The notes beneath the pieces were generated by a model. That model saw only the letters and a program-made list of their open reading frames with translations. It searched no databases and had not been told where the DNA came from. Below, one piece after another: positions 38,183 to 50,759 of a stretch of 64,000 nt of DNA; position 1 is the stretch's first letter, and every line of letters begins with the position of its first letter. The stretch comes from Paramoeba atlantica (lineage: Eukaryota > Protista > Discosea): the NCBI GenBank assembly GCA_977017575.1, contig CDRNVI010000177.1:186001-250000 (forward strand). The letters are read 5' to 3'. A program made the translations under genes and the position numbers.

Positions 38183-39607
38183 CCTGACAATGCTGCAATC
38201 TGAACTCATACACTCCCACCCACCGCTCCCACCAACCACAACCACCACTCCCATAAAACTGCTGCTCCCAGAAACCTGCCACCACCCCATCACCAAACCC
38301 TTTGTCTGTCATTGTTGATTTTCATTGCCAGTCTGCAATGCTGATCATCTCCTGAGAGCTTACTTTTCTTTCTTTCTTTTTTATCCTAATCTGAATTCTT
38401 TTATCCTCACACTTTTTGGCATAGATTTCTTCTTTTTTAGAGATTTGAGTTTTACAAACCTCAATCCTATCAAATAATTCTGGTTTCACACCAATGGACT
38501 TTTACAGTCACTAATCAATGCTCTCCTCAGCTGAGAAAGTTGCACACATGCAAACAAATTGGAACACTGCTTTCCATCTTGAGATGTTCAAAACATTCCA
38601 AAAAAGACAAATCACAACAGTGATTACCACTTACTCTGAATAAAACCAGTTGGATTCCTCAACCCAACATTCTGCTTGAGCAACAAACCATTGCAACAAC
38701 TCAACTTATATTCATGGGCAATGAAATGCAATGCTTTATTCCACTCAAACCATGAGTTCTCACTCATCTTTCCTTATTGGATCTGAATTTGGAAATTGCC
38801 ATTGTGATTGAAATTCATTGCCTGAGCTACCCCTTTGAATTCCTTTGTAATGAGATAGCACTGTCTGTGATTACCTGACTGTCAAGCTAAGACCTTGTAC
38901 TCACCTTTGCATCTTTGCAAAATAAAACCACTTTTGGATTCAATCCCCTGGTCTGTTAAAAAGAAAATTTCAAGAAAAGAAAGTATCCAATGATCTTTTT
39001 TTATCTTGTCTTTTCTCTTTGAAACTTTCCTTCCCTTCTTAACAAACAACTGCCCAAATACAAACCTTTATCAAGCAAATGGTCCACTGGTTTGCACCCC
39101 TTTGAAACCACTTATGCTGGTCAAGTGGGGGGGGGACACCAGTTCCTCAACAAATTCGATTTGTCTTCACAATGGTTGTGTGCCAACCAACACATCTCAA
39201 CACATCAATTATCTCAATGCTTGAGATTGTGAGGTTTTTGCCTGAATGCTTTCAGTTTCCTCACAGTCTTGCCTTTTCTCCTTCCAAGGTTTTTGGCAAA
39301 TGACAACTCTAATGAACAACAAATCAAAAAAGCAATGGTTTTTCCCACTGGGTTTTCCATCTGACTGCTGGAGAGGTTTCAACACCCTGAAAGTTAGCTG
39401 ATGTCATTGCCCACCTCAGCTCACAAACAGCCTCAACTTGACTTTCTTCCATTGTCCAAACTTTTGACCATCGAAAAAAAACCAAGAAAAACATCAACTG
39501 TTGAAAAAATAACTTTGACAGTCAAAAAAAAACAACAAAGATTTTGACCATCGAAAAAATGAAAAAACTACAATTTCTTGGAATAATAAAAGGAATTTCA
39601 TTCATTT

Positions 39608-40564
39608 TCAACCGAGTGGTTCAAAAGTCAAAAATAAATTTGTTAGTTTACAAATCACTTTTGTTGCTAGTTGATGAAGAGAGTAGCTGAATCGCCATGG
39701 GAGATGGAAAATTCCAAAGCTTTTGATACAATGAATTACTCGTTCAATTGTTTGTCAAAAACTGTAAACTAAATAGTTGTATGCCTTTTCTTCATCATCC
39801 AAAGAATATCAGTGCCCAGGAAGTGGAACCATGAAAGCAATTCGATTTCCTTTGTAGATCTTATCTGCTCCAATTGATTCACCTGGTAAAAGAGAGGAAA
39901 TTCCACTTGTTTTTGCAATTGTTGGGTCACTTGCTGCTCCTTTCCAAGGCCCAGAACCAAATATCACACAGGGAACACCAATTGAACAAACAATCTCATA
40001 TTTCAAAGAATACTGTTTTGAAGAGTGATCATAATACTCAAAAGGACATTCATCAGGCTGTTCAATTTCAACCTTGAAAGTGTCAATAATACAGGAAGGA
40101 ACTTTGTATTTCCAATCAACAAATCAGTCATTTAAATCAAACTGAAAAGGAGGGAGAGGGGTTTTGAGAAATCCACACAAAGGAAACAAGAAAAAGAGAA
40201 ACAAAGGAACACTTGAATAAAAAGATTTGTTGAAAAAAAAAAAAATGACCTCTGGCAAAGTTTGGTCAATCACCTCAAGTGTCTTCTCAACATTTTTCAT
40301 CAAAGTACATTGATCAATTTTAAAACGAGATGAAGAAACCGTTAAATTTTGTCCAGGAGATTTCAAAAAACAAAGGGTTTGAAGAAGTTCATCACAGCCC
40401 CAGAGATGAGGGAGATGGTGTTGGTGTTTTGTTTGAATCAGTCTCCAAAGATGGTCAATGGCAATGGAAGGACCACCAAAATGTGCACGAAAATCTCTTT
40501 CTCTTTGATTCCCAGTCAAGCAAGCACCAAGTTCCAAAAACTCCTCAGATTGCTCTGCTGCCAT
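39608..40564 (-). pseudogene. DDE_Tnp_4-type transposase with one predicted intron (40142-40249)
   Basis: RDFRAHFG...ELLQTLCFLK...LPE|FDLND*FVDW...CIIDT...EQP...LKYEIVCSIG...GPWKGAASD...IGADKIYKG...YNY...VICKLTNLFLTFEPLG*. The GT..AG intron with a pyrimidine tract joins the exons in frame. Confidence 0.85.
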
Positions 40565-40839
40565 CAAAATGAAAAAACCAAAAGAAAAAAAAAAAATCAG
40601 TGGTGTCCATTTTTTTTCAGCATTTTCAGTGTTTTCAGTGTTTTCAGCATTTTCAGCAGTGTCCCCCCTCGAGTCAGAATTCCACATGAAATTTCCCTCA
40701 AATTTTGTGTGGTTTTGAAATTGGGTCTGGATTTTCATGAATTTTCAGCATTTTCAGTGTTTTCAGCATTTTCTGCTTTTTCAGTTTCTGCTTTTTCAGA
40801 AATTTTTTTGAATTGTTTTTCTTGTTTGTTTTTTGTGTG

Positions 40840-41769
40840 ATGTCCTCTCAAAAACAAAAGGCTGGACCAGAGAAAAGGAGGAAACCAAAAGAGAAGAGGG
40901 GGCGAAAAAGTACCCTTCATCAATATGATGAAGAGTTGGTTGAGATGTATAATAGGAGGTTTCAGCCTGGGAAGATTGCAGAAGTGCTTTGAAATAAGCA
41001 TGATTTGTTGCCTGAGACTATGAATTGGAGGAATGTTTCCAATCAATTAAATTACATCCAGACAAATCAATTGTATCCTCTTGCTCCTGTGAATGAACCA
41101 GAGAACCTGCTTGCAAAAGGAGTTGATCCAATATATCAGTTTTTTTTTTATCCTCCCCCTCCTTGCAAACTATCTTTCTGTGATTTGATCTTTTCTGACT
41201 CTTTTTGAATACAAGGGCATCAATCAGCAAAACAAGTTGCAAGCACACTTCAAACAGAGGAAGATGAAGATGAACCAATTGATGAAATTGATGTGCTGGA
41301 TGATGAAGCACTCCCTGAGATTTCAATTCAGGAGTATGTCTATGCTCACTTCTGTGATGCTGGATTCATCTATCAGCATGAAGGACATGATCAATGGTCA
41401 CTCTTTCTTGCTTGAACTTTAACAGCAGATGTTTCCTTTGATGATCCTGAAGAAAATGGAGTGACAGTTCATTGGAAAGCAGAGGGTCCCTCTGATCAAG
41501 ATCTCAAAGAGGCACAGTCAATCACAGAATGTTCTGTCCAAGAATACAATCTCACAAATACCACAGCTTCTGTGTTTATCCCCTCTCCTGCTCCTCTCTC
41601 ACAAGACTTGTCGCAAATTAAGAAAGGAGAGATTCCAAAGGGCCCTAATGCTAAATGGTTGGTTGTCTCCATTCCATTCAAGGATGAGGAATTGAAGGAG
41701 TGTGCAGTTTTGGAGCATTTGGATGTCTCAACTGTGAAGATTGAAACTCCAGTTGTAGAGGACCAATAA
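40840..41769 (+). pseudogene. Transposon accessory gene: basic/HTH-like N-terminus, acidic linker, beta-rich C-terminal domain
   Basis: MSSQKQKAGPEKRRKPKEKRGRKSTLHQYDEELVEMYNRRFQPGKIAEVL*NKH..., probable intron ~41120-41216, then a frame running to 41769 with one TGA. Lies between the element's subterminal repeats. Confidence 0.6.
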
Positions 41770-42771
41770 ATTTATGATTAATTTAATTTTTAGACTGTGA
41801 TTTAATTTTTTATTCCAAGAAATTGTAGTTTTTTCATAATTTCGACGGTTGAAAAAAAACAAAAAAAAAACGACCGTCGAAAAAAAAGTGCTTTTTTTTT
41901 GCGTTTTTTTTTCGACCACCGAAAAACAAAGCTGCCACTGGTTTTTTGTTTTGTTTTTCCTCTCCAGAACTGAAAGAAAGGTTGAAAAGAGTGTTTGAGA
42001 GTGAGTTTTGAGGTGTTTTTTGAAGAAAAAAAAAAGAATTTGTTTCTCTTTTCACTTTTTTATCATCAAATGAATTTACAGTAAGAAATCTCTTTCTGTT
42101 TGGATCAATCAACAAAACAGGTTCTTTTTTTCCTTCCACAATATCATCATCTTCAACTTCAACACACAACCTTTTCTTTTAAATTAAACAATCCAATCAT
42201 CAAAAGAATAACAAATACACACTTTTTTTCCTTTTTCCTTTTCTTTTTTGTTCTATTTCTTCAACCTTCACCATCCTCATTCAACCAAAAAACAAACAAA
42301 TCAAAAGAGAGACCACAAAAGTGAACATGTGGATATGACATCAGATTTTTTTTTTGAAGGCTCAAAAGGAATATTTGAAGTCACTTCAACCCCAAAAAAC
42401 GCCACAATTGCAAGTGCAGCTTGAGCTCACCCCCATGTGGTTGATTTTGGTGCTTCAAATTTAGTGTGCTTGTCTGAGTCACACTTTCGCTGAACCAACA
42501 CACATCAATTCCTCTTCTTGGAAATTTCATATTTGTGGAACACCTTTCCCTTTCCCTTTTCACAATTTCCTTTCTGATTTCCTTTTGCCAAATTGTTCTT
42601 CCAATTCCTTTTCCCCAACAAACATGCTTCCAAACCAAAAAAAAATAAAACACAAACCAAGAACCAACAGCAACTATCACCCTTGTGCACTTGATCTTGC
42701 AGGTGTTCTCAATGATTGCATCTGCTGTTCCACACAAGAAGATATTATCCATGTAGAAAAGCATTAGAAAG

Positions 42772-43341
42772 TGTGAAGTGGCCAGGAGTTTGGGGAAGGA
42801 AAGAGTGGGCAGGTGAAGGAAAGAAGGAAAGCAAAGAAAAAAAAAAGAAAGAAAGAGAAAAGTCAAGAGCAAATCATGGGAAAGATTGGCAGTGCATCAC
42901 AAAGGAAACCAACCAAGTAAGTTTATTCCTTTTACCAACAAACAAAAGGAGTATTCATATGGGACAACAAATATAACAAGTGTGGAATTGACAAGAAGCA
43001 AAACAGAATGAAGGATAAAAACACACAAGAAAAAGGACACCGCGGAGAGATTAAATCACAGATAAATGTTACAGAACACAGGATTAATTGATGTAAAGAT
43101 AATATGAAATGGAGAAATAAGCTGGTGCAAAAATATTAATGGAACAACTTGAATTCAGAGTGAGAACTGGGTGGGAAGAACTCAGATGAGAGAGACAGGA
43201 ATACATGCAGAATCAGAACAGTCTGTACAGTCTTACAAATGTTCATCAGGGATATTCACACAACAGGGGAGCACAGTGGTGTACAAAGAGAAACAGATTA
43301 ATTTGCACAACATGGAATCAGTTCACACCAAGATTCTGACA
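42772..43341 (-). mobile_element. Solo LTR (570 bp)
   Basis: TGTGAAG...TTCTGACA ends, 5-bp TSD GAAAG. Reverse-complement match to 56296-56866. Strand inferred from TATA/AATAAA order. Confidence 0.88.
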
Positions 43342-44401
43342 GAAAGGTGGCAATGTCCAGACCAGGAAAGAGAGGTTCCAGTATGATCTGGTTCCTTTAA
43401 CCATCTTTCTCTTTTCTCTGTCTGTTGGTATCCTGTAAGATGCTGGTAAGGCAGTCATCACCCAAAAAAAGTGATTTCCCTTCCTTTTCCTTCCTTTTCT
43501 CTTTTTGATTTTTCCTTTCTGATTTTTCTTTTTTCCTGTTTTTTGTTGATTTGATTTTGTCTTTGTTTCTTTTTCAACTAAAACACTGTTTTTGATTCCT
43601 TTTTGTCTCTATCACATCCCTGTGTTTCTTTACTTCTCACATTTTCTCTTTTGTTCAAATGTTTCTCTTGTTTGTTTTCATGAAAAAAAACTACACATTT
43701 TGCATCTGGTTTTTGGATTAATTTTGGTTTTGTTGTTTTTCTGAAGCTCTTGTCAATCCTAACATTTTCCTCCTTTTTCTCTCTTCTTTTTCTTTCTTTT
43801 TTCTCTATTCTGATAGTTGAAGAGCTTTTTCTGATACTTGAGAGCTGCTGAGTAGTTGGACTCTAGGGGTGCACTGGCAAGCCTGGTCAGGAGGTGGTGA
43901 AAAGGCAGATTCTCTGTTTCTACAATCTTCCACTCAGTGTCAACTCTGGTTTGAAACTTAACATAAGAGAATCACACTCTCAGAAATTTTAACAAAGAGA
44001 GAGGAGTTTTGGTTTGAAAGGAATCTCATGCTTTGTATACTGAGACCATTTACAGTAGCCCCATCCCCAATGAAACTCATGAATACAATCAGATATCTTT
44101 TTATACAAAGTACACATCATCTCTTTAAAACATTATTGTCTACACTCTTCATGGTCTTGCACAGGGGTTCTGTGCACAGGAGCTCTGTGGTCTTTGCAAC
44201 AAAACAACAAAGTTGATTTTGGTGCTTCAAATCTAGCATGCTTGTCCAAGTTGCACTTTCACTGAACCAACATATGTCAATTCCTCTTCCTGGAAATTTC
44301 ATATTTCCAAAACACCTTTTCTTTCTCCTTTCACAATTCCTTTTCTTGAATTGTTTTTCCAATTCCTTTTTCCTCAACAAAGACATCTTTCAAACCAAAA
44401 G

Positions 44402-45051
44402 TGTTAGAATCCTTGTGTAATCTAATTCCATATTGTGCAAATTAATCTGTTTCATATTTGTACACTGATTGAATCCTCTCCTCTTAAATTAGAAATGAAA
44501 ATGAAAACCTTGTAATTTGTTATAATCTTAAGAGATTGTTATTGTGCTTCCCAATTGTGCAAATGTCCCCAATGAACATTTGTGAGACTGTACACACTGT
44601 TCTAATTCTGCATGTGTTCCTGTCTCTCTCATCTGAACTCTTCCCTCCCAGTTCTCACTCTGATTTTCAAGTTGTTCCCTTAATATTATCTTGTCCATTT
44701 ATTTCCCCATATCACATTATCTTCATATCAATTAATCCTATGTTCTGTAACATTTATCTGTGATGTAATCTCTCCACTGTGTCCTTCTCTTGTGTGTTTT
44801 TGTCTTCAATTCTATTTTATTTCTTATCAAATTCCATACTTGTTTGTATTTATTGTCCCATGTGAATGTTCCTCTTATTTGTTGGTCAAAGGAATAAACT
44901 CACTTGGTTGGTTTCCATTGTGATGCACTGCCAATCTTTTCCCATGATTTGCTCTTGACTTTTCTCTTTTCTTTCTTTTTCTTTCTTTTTCTTTCTTTTT
45001 CTTTCCTTCACCTGCCCACTCCTTTTTCCATCAACTCCTGGCCACTTAACA
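44402..45051 (+). mobile_element. Solo LTR, same family, with an ~80-bp internal insertion
   Basis: TGTTAGAATCC...CCACTTAACA ends, 5-bp TSD AAAAG. Removing it restores the host repeat CCAAAAAGAATAAAACAC. Confidence 0.85.
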
Positions 45052-45325
45052 AAAAGAATAAAACACAACCAAGATACACAAAACAACAAAGTTGATTTTA
45101 GTGCTACAAATCTAGTGCTTGTGTTCAAAAAGAGCTTTCACCAAATCACAACAGTTTAAACATATGTCAAAAATTCATTTTGAGAATATTTTAATCCCAA
45201 AAAACACTCAAAAACAAAAAAATGGTTTCAAAAAGGGGAATTTTTGATGTTTTTCAAGGTTCCAATCAGACAATCCCCTTCCCAAGTATCTGTGTTCCCA
45301 AAAAATGGTCTTTTTTTCCAGAAAA

Positions 45326-45341
45326 GCCGAAATAGCTCAGC

Positions 45342-45373
<32 letters not shown>

Positions 45374-45398
45374 ACGTGTTCGATCCACGTTTTCGGCA
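45326..45398 (+). tRNA. tRNA-Phe(GAA)
   Basis: Acceptor GCCGAAA/TTTCGGC, anticodon arm TCAGA-CTGAAGA-TCTGA, long T terminator. Confidence 0.95.
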
Positions 45399-45648
45399 TT
45401 TTTTTCTTTTTTTTTTTTTTTTTTTTTTTGAAATTGAATCAGTTTTGTGTTTTTGATGTTCAAACTCAAAGATATCTTTTTTTTTTTCAAATCAACTTTT
45501 TGGGGTTCACCTTTCCTTTGAATCAAAAATTGTTCTTGATTCTTTGGGAAAGAATATCAAAAAAAAAAAAAGAAAAGGAACAAAGAAAACAGCTGCACAC
45601 AAGAAACAACAGAACACACCAGAAAAAAAAAGGAATTGAAAAAAAAAT

Positions 45649-45720
45649 CTCCCTTGCCGGGAATCGAACCCGGGGTGGCCGGGTGAAAGCCGACCGTGTT
45701 ACCGACTACACCACAAGGGA
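45649..45720 (-). tRNA. tRNA-Glu(UUC)
   Basis: Identical to 18440-18511, with similar 5' flank. Confidence 0.95.
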
Positions 45721-46282
45721 ATTAGTTGAAAAAAAACAAAAAAGAACTGTTGTGTTGTGGTGGGTTGTTTTCTGTCCTTCTCTCTCTGCAGAGAACAACA
45801 GAATATCCTTTGATTTTTGAGCTTTTGAGAAAAAATTGAAAGATTACTTTTTCATGATGTTGGTGGCATGCCAGAGTGAACAAGAAGAAGCAAGAATTTT
45901 GGGGAATGGAGTCAATCCAAAGACTGGAACCTGTGAAAATTCCACTTCAGTCACTTTGCCTGTTTTGTCTAATGATGATCTGCTCATCATCTCCACATCA
46001 TCTCACATTACTTCCTCTTCTCCGAAAAATATCCATCTTCAAGCCACACCAACTTTTTATTGTTGACAGTGGTTTGCACTTGATACATCACATAGGAGCA
46101 TGCTGTTTCTGAAATTTAACCCAGACAAATTCCAAGCCTAAAAGATTAACATCTATCTTCCATTTTATGTTGTGTTTATCAACACCAATTCAAAAGATTT
46201 TCCAAAAATTTGATCACAAGAAAAAAAAGAAGCAACAACAAAAAAAAAGATGAACCCAAGAAAAAAAAAATAAAAAAAATAT

Positions 46283-46354
46283 TAACAAGACAAGGATTCG
46301 AACCTTGGACCTTTGGGTTATGAGCCCAATGTGCTACCGCTACACTATCTTGTT
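46283..46354 (-). tRNA. tRNA-Met(CAU), initiator-like
   Basis: AACAAGA-TA-GTGT-AGCGGTA-GCAC-A-TTGGG-CTCATAA-CCCAA-AGGTC-CAAGG-TTCGAAT-CCTTG-TCTTGTT-A. Has A1:U72 and three G:C pairs in the anticodon stem. Confidence 0.85.
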
Positions 46355-49300
46355 TTTCGCATGAAGGTCATGGTGTGAGCCAACCAAATCAATGTGAAGA
46401 CCAATTTTGATTGTCACCCAGTTGCTGAAAGAGGGAAGCCAACAAAAAAGAAAAACTCCAAAAAAGGATTTGAACCTTGGACTGGCGTCACTCTCTTGTT
46501 TTTAGGGTTATTTGAAAATGAGTTTCACAATCAATGACCTGAAAATTGAAGAAAAAAGAGGGAAAAAAGAACCAAAAAATAATGAAACACAGGTAAGATG
46601 AAAAAGTCTTTGCATTCCCAAATTTCAAAATCCCAAAACAAAAACAAAAACAAAAAATAACAAAAAAGAAGAAAAATGCACCCTCTCAAGCTGACAAAAA
46701 TGACCTTTAATACTAGAATCATATTTTCCACCACAAATTGCAGAATCAATTTCAATATTACTATAACAATATGGATTCAAATTCTCACAAAAAACTGTCC
46801 CCTAAAAAAACCAAGTGAGAAAAAAGAAAAAATGAAAAAAAAATGGGATGTGTAAAATTGGTTTTAGAAATTGATTTTACCTTTTGCACTGTTGATACCA
46901 CCAACAAAAAAAAAATGATTGAGAGTGGAAGTTTTGATGGCTCTTTCTTGGAAAGCATCACACTTCAACCCTTTCACCTTTTTCACCTTTTCACTTTCTC
47001 TTTTCCCATTTAACTTTTACCCTGCAATCTCTTTTGGCTTTTGTGCTTTCTTTTCTCTCATACATTTATATTTGGTGATGCCCTCTCCTCCTTCAACTTC
47101 CCAAACCACTATATCTTCGACCTCATCAAGCTTTTCACATCCCCAAAATTGGCTTGCAATGAGAGCTGAACCTCTCCAATACTTGGTCTTTCTCCTGTAT
47201 GTGGAAATGGGAAAGATGAGGTGCCCTCCTCTGAAGAGCTTCAAAATAGTTTATTCAACTCCAAGAAGAGAGAGGAGATTCAATGAATGAGGATTTGAAC
47301 AGAATGATTGAGACAAATGTCTCAGCTCAGTTCTATGTTGTCAGATCGACCCTTGGTACCCTCAAGAGTTTGGAGCATACCCACAGGCACAAAGAGAAAA
47401 TTTAAGAGAGTTGGTAAACGTAGCAGACTTTTTGAACCCTTGAGAAGTAATGGATTTTTGTTATGACATGAAATAGAAACTCAACTCAAAAGTTTGGCCA
47501 AATGTGAGACCCTGCTTGGGAAGGATCTGAAGTTGTTTATCCACTTGCCCAAATTCAATTAGTTGGAAGATGGTGAGAGGTTTCATGCATAATTTGAAAA
47601 TGAGTGAGTTTTCATAAAGTACACGACTCGTTTCTTTGACCTGTAACTCAAAAAGAACAAGATTGCTCAAAGAGATGTGCAAGATGGAGACATCATCGAT
47701 GCTTTCATCAAGAAATTTGGTCAAGGGTCTGTGTTCAAAGCAAAGTTCAAAGACTTTTGGGAAAAACATTCAGGTTTGGGATGATACAGTGAAAAGATTT
47801 CTTCTTGTTGAGGTTAACTTTATCCTGCAGTGCTCAACACCACAGAACCTCAGTTAGCAAAGATCAGAGTTCAGGATACTGAGGAGTACCAAAAAGGATT
47901 AAGAATCAAACTAATTGAAAGAGAAAGAAGGGAGAAGAACCTTTTTGTTTTTTATTTGTGGTGGGAATCATCTCCTTCGACTTTGGCACTTGATGGAAGG
48001 ATTGTGGTCTGAATCCGCAGCTTCTTTCAGGACTCCAGGGAAGAACAAGATGTTTGCTTTGTGGATTGACAGATCATGGAAGTTGTCAGTGTTTTTGGTA
48101 GAACACTGCAAAGTTCATAAGGGTTCGCAACAACATTCAAATGCCATTTGGGTGAGGACCCCTGGAGCTGGAGGAGAGCAATGGAACAACATTCCAAACC
48201 AATCCAAAAGGAGTACCCCCAGAGACAATGATGGCTACAAGAAAATGGCTGCAAGGGGAGACATCATATTATCAGTTGAGTGGTGAACTGGAAACAAAGG
48301 CAAGAAGAATACCCCAAACAAAAATTGTAAGCCTGAAAATGCATGTCAAATGAGAAACAGTCTTGTTCTTACGATCCAGATCCATATTTGGCCACTTTCT
48401 CTATTGCAAAGAAAATGGAGATGAGTTCACAAGAAATTGATGATGTGATTGCAAGTGAAATTCCAGAGAATACAAAAAAAAGCAAAAAAAGTTGTTGGCA
48501 GACCTTCCTTTGCTGGTTGAACACTGAGAGAGAACAAAAATACAAATATGATCCACAGCACCAATCACAGAAAGAGCATTTTTCAGGTTTTTTTTTGCTG
48601 TTTGCGCTGCCTTGTGGTTGTGGTCATGGTTGTGGTCAGAGAAAAAGAAGAGGGGTTCATCAGGAGGATGGAACAACCACAAAGAACCCCCCCCCAAACC
48701 CTCTGGAGTGGAGCCAAACATGGACCCAAATGTGGAACCAGAGAAGGTTGTTCCCCAGACTAAATCCTGCTGGAAGAAATCGAAGAGACAAAGAGAACAA
48801 AGAGCCCTGAAGGAACTTGAAAGGGCCAAAAATCTCAAAAATTATAAAATGATGATATTCACAGACCAAAAATTGAACAAAACTTTTCAGGCAGAGCGCT
48901 CTTCTTCTTGCTTTTTCGTTAATTCCTCGAGACCAATTGAAATGGGAAAAATGAGAATGATTTATTATTTGGTTTTGATCGGGTTTTCGGCGAACATTTC
49001 AGCAGCATTGCCTGCCTCATCCCAGTTATCCTGTTGCCAGTAAACCAATGATGAGGAAGACTTCTATGTTGAGCAGCCACTGCCACAACTTCAACTCAAC
49101 CAACCTCCCTTTTCCACCAAACTTTGAGTCAAGAAAGTAATCTTGGTGGATCAAGGGATTCAGGGATTCAAATGGTGTTGGTCTGGGGGTATAGTATTAC
49201 TTTTCTTGACCCAAGTTTAGTAGATCCACATCAACACATTGTGTATTATTCAATGCTCACTGCTGTCTAAAATCATCAGCCTTGTTCATATTTTTTCTCA

Positions 49301-50686
49301 ACCCATCACTTGCCACACAAAGGATTAAAAAACAGAAATTTTCTTTTCAAAAGAAATTTATTGTTGTTTACCAACTAAATTCAACTTTTGGCAAAAAACA
49401 GCAATAAAAAGAAATCAAAGAGCAGAAAAGAAAAAAAAAAGGAGAGAAACAGAAAAGAAAAAAAGAAGGAAAAAGGGTTAAAAAAAAAAGAAACCAAAGG
49501 AAAAAGAGATCCTTTCAAACACAAAGTTCCTTTCTCCAAAGAAAGTTTCCTCTCTCCTTTCTTCCTCTCTCTTCCTCTCTTTCTTCTCTTTCTTCTCTTT
49601 CTTCTCTTTCCTCCCTTTCCTCCCTTTCCTCTCTCTCTCTTTCTTCTCTTTCTTCTCTTTCTTCTCTTTCTTCTCTTCCCTCTCTCTTCTCTTTCTTCTC
49701 TTTCTTCTTTCTCTCTTCTCTCTCTTCTATCACCTGCACTACTGCTCTTCCCTCCCTTTCCTCCTCTCTCTCTTTCTTCTCTTTCTTCTTCTCTCCTCTT
49801 CTGTCACCTGTGTTGCTCTTCTTGTCCTTTCCTCTCTGTTGCTGCTCACCAAAAAAAAAGAAAACAAAAAAAGCGGTTGAACCGCTGATTTAGATCCCTT
49901 AATTTTTCAGGACATCAAAAACCGTGGAAGATGCTCTTTGTAAACTCAATAAACTGCTTTTGGTTTTTTTTTTTCGTTTCTCTCTTTCTTGTTTCTCCCT
50001 CTTTTCTCTTCTCAAAAGTTGTCCCCTCCTTTTTTTTTCCTCTTTCATTCTCCTTTTTCTAAAACAATTCATACTGTTGTTCCCTGTCTCAGGTTGTGGC
50101 ACTTTCTTTTCAAGGGATCCCATGTGTGTTGTGATCTTGGTTGTGGTGATCTCCACTGCCAGTTCAAACCAAGAGGTCTTTTTCCTTCTTTCTTCTTCCC
50201 CCCCTTTTTTTTTAGTTTCTTTTTTCTTGGGTTTCTTTTTTCCTTTTTCATCTCTTATTTTTTCCTTTTTTCTTTATTCTTTTTTTTTCTTTCCCTTTTA
50301 TTCTTATTTTTCCCTTATTTTTTTCTTTTTTTTTCCTCCTTTTTTTTTTTTCTTTTTTTCCTCCTTTTCCTTTTTTTTCCCTTTTCTCTTTGAAAAACAA
50401 AAAAGAGAGAGAAAAGAAGAGGAATTTGAAGGAAAAGAAGAAGATAAAAAAGAGAGAGAGTGAGAGAGAAAAAAAGAGAAAGAGTGAGAGAAAGAAAAAA
50501 AGATAAAGTGAAGAAAAAAAGAGAAAGAGGGAGAAAGAAAAAAGAGAAAAGTGAAAGAAAAAAAGAGAAAAGGGTGAGAGAGAAAGAAAAAAGATAAAAG
50601 TGAAGAAAAAAAAGAGAAAGGGCAAGAGAAAGAAAAAAGAGAAAAGTGAAGAAAAAAAAGAGAAAGGGTGAGAGAGAAAGAAAAAA

Positions 50687-50759
50687 AGCACCAGGAGGGA
50701 CTCGAACCCACAACCACCAGCTCAGAAGGCCGATGCACTACCAATTGCGCCACTAGTGC
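50687..50759 (-). tRNA. Atypical tRNA with UCU (Arg) anticodon, possibly a pseudogene
   Basis: 73-nt cloverleaf GCACTAG/CTGGTGC, loop CTTCTGA (G37), several G-U pairs and a T-T mismatch in the T-stem. Confidence 0.65.

Larger units (their letters stand above)
39360..42434. mobile_element. PIF/Harbinger/ISL2EU-type DNA transposon with two divergent genes (left TIR lost)
   Basis: Right TIR ATTGCAAGTGCAGCTTGAGCTCACCCCC, subterminal TCGAC-N-GTCGA-derived repeats at both ends, transposase on - and accessory ORF on +. Confidence 0.85.

Noticed and set aside
37642-38184. hAT-like TIRs (TAGGGGTGCA / TGCACCCTG) around the unclassified repeat
   Set aside because: No 8-bp TSD, and the ends are not shared by the other copies.
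47460-48290. Possible Mutator-like transposase remnant
   Set aside because: Protein-like frames are present but no convincing catalytic motifs or TIRs were found.
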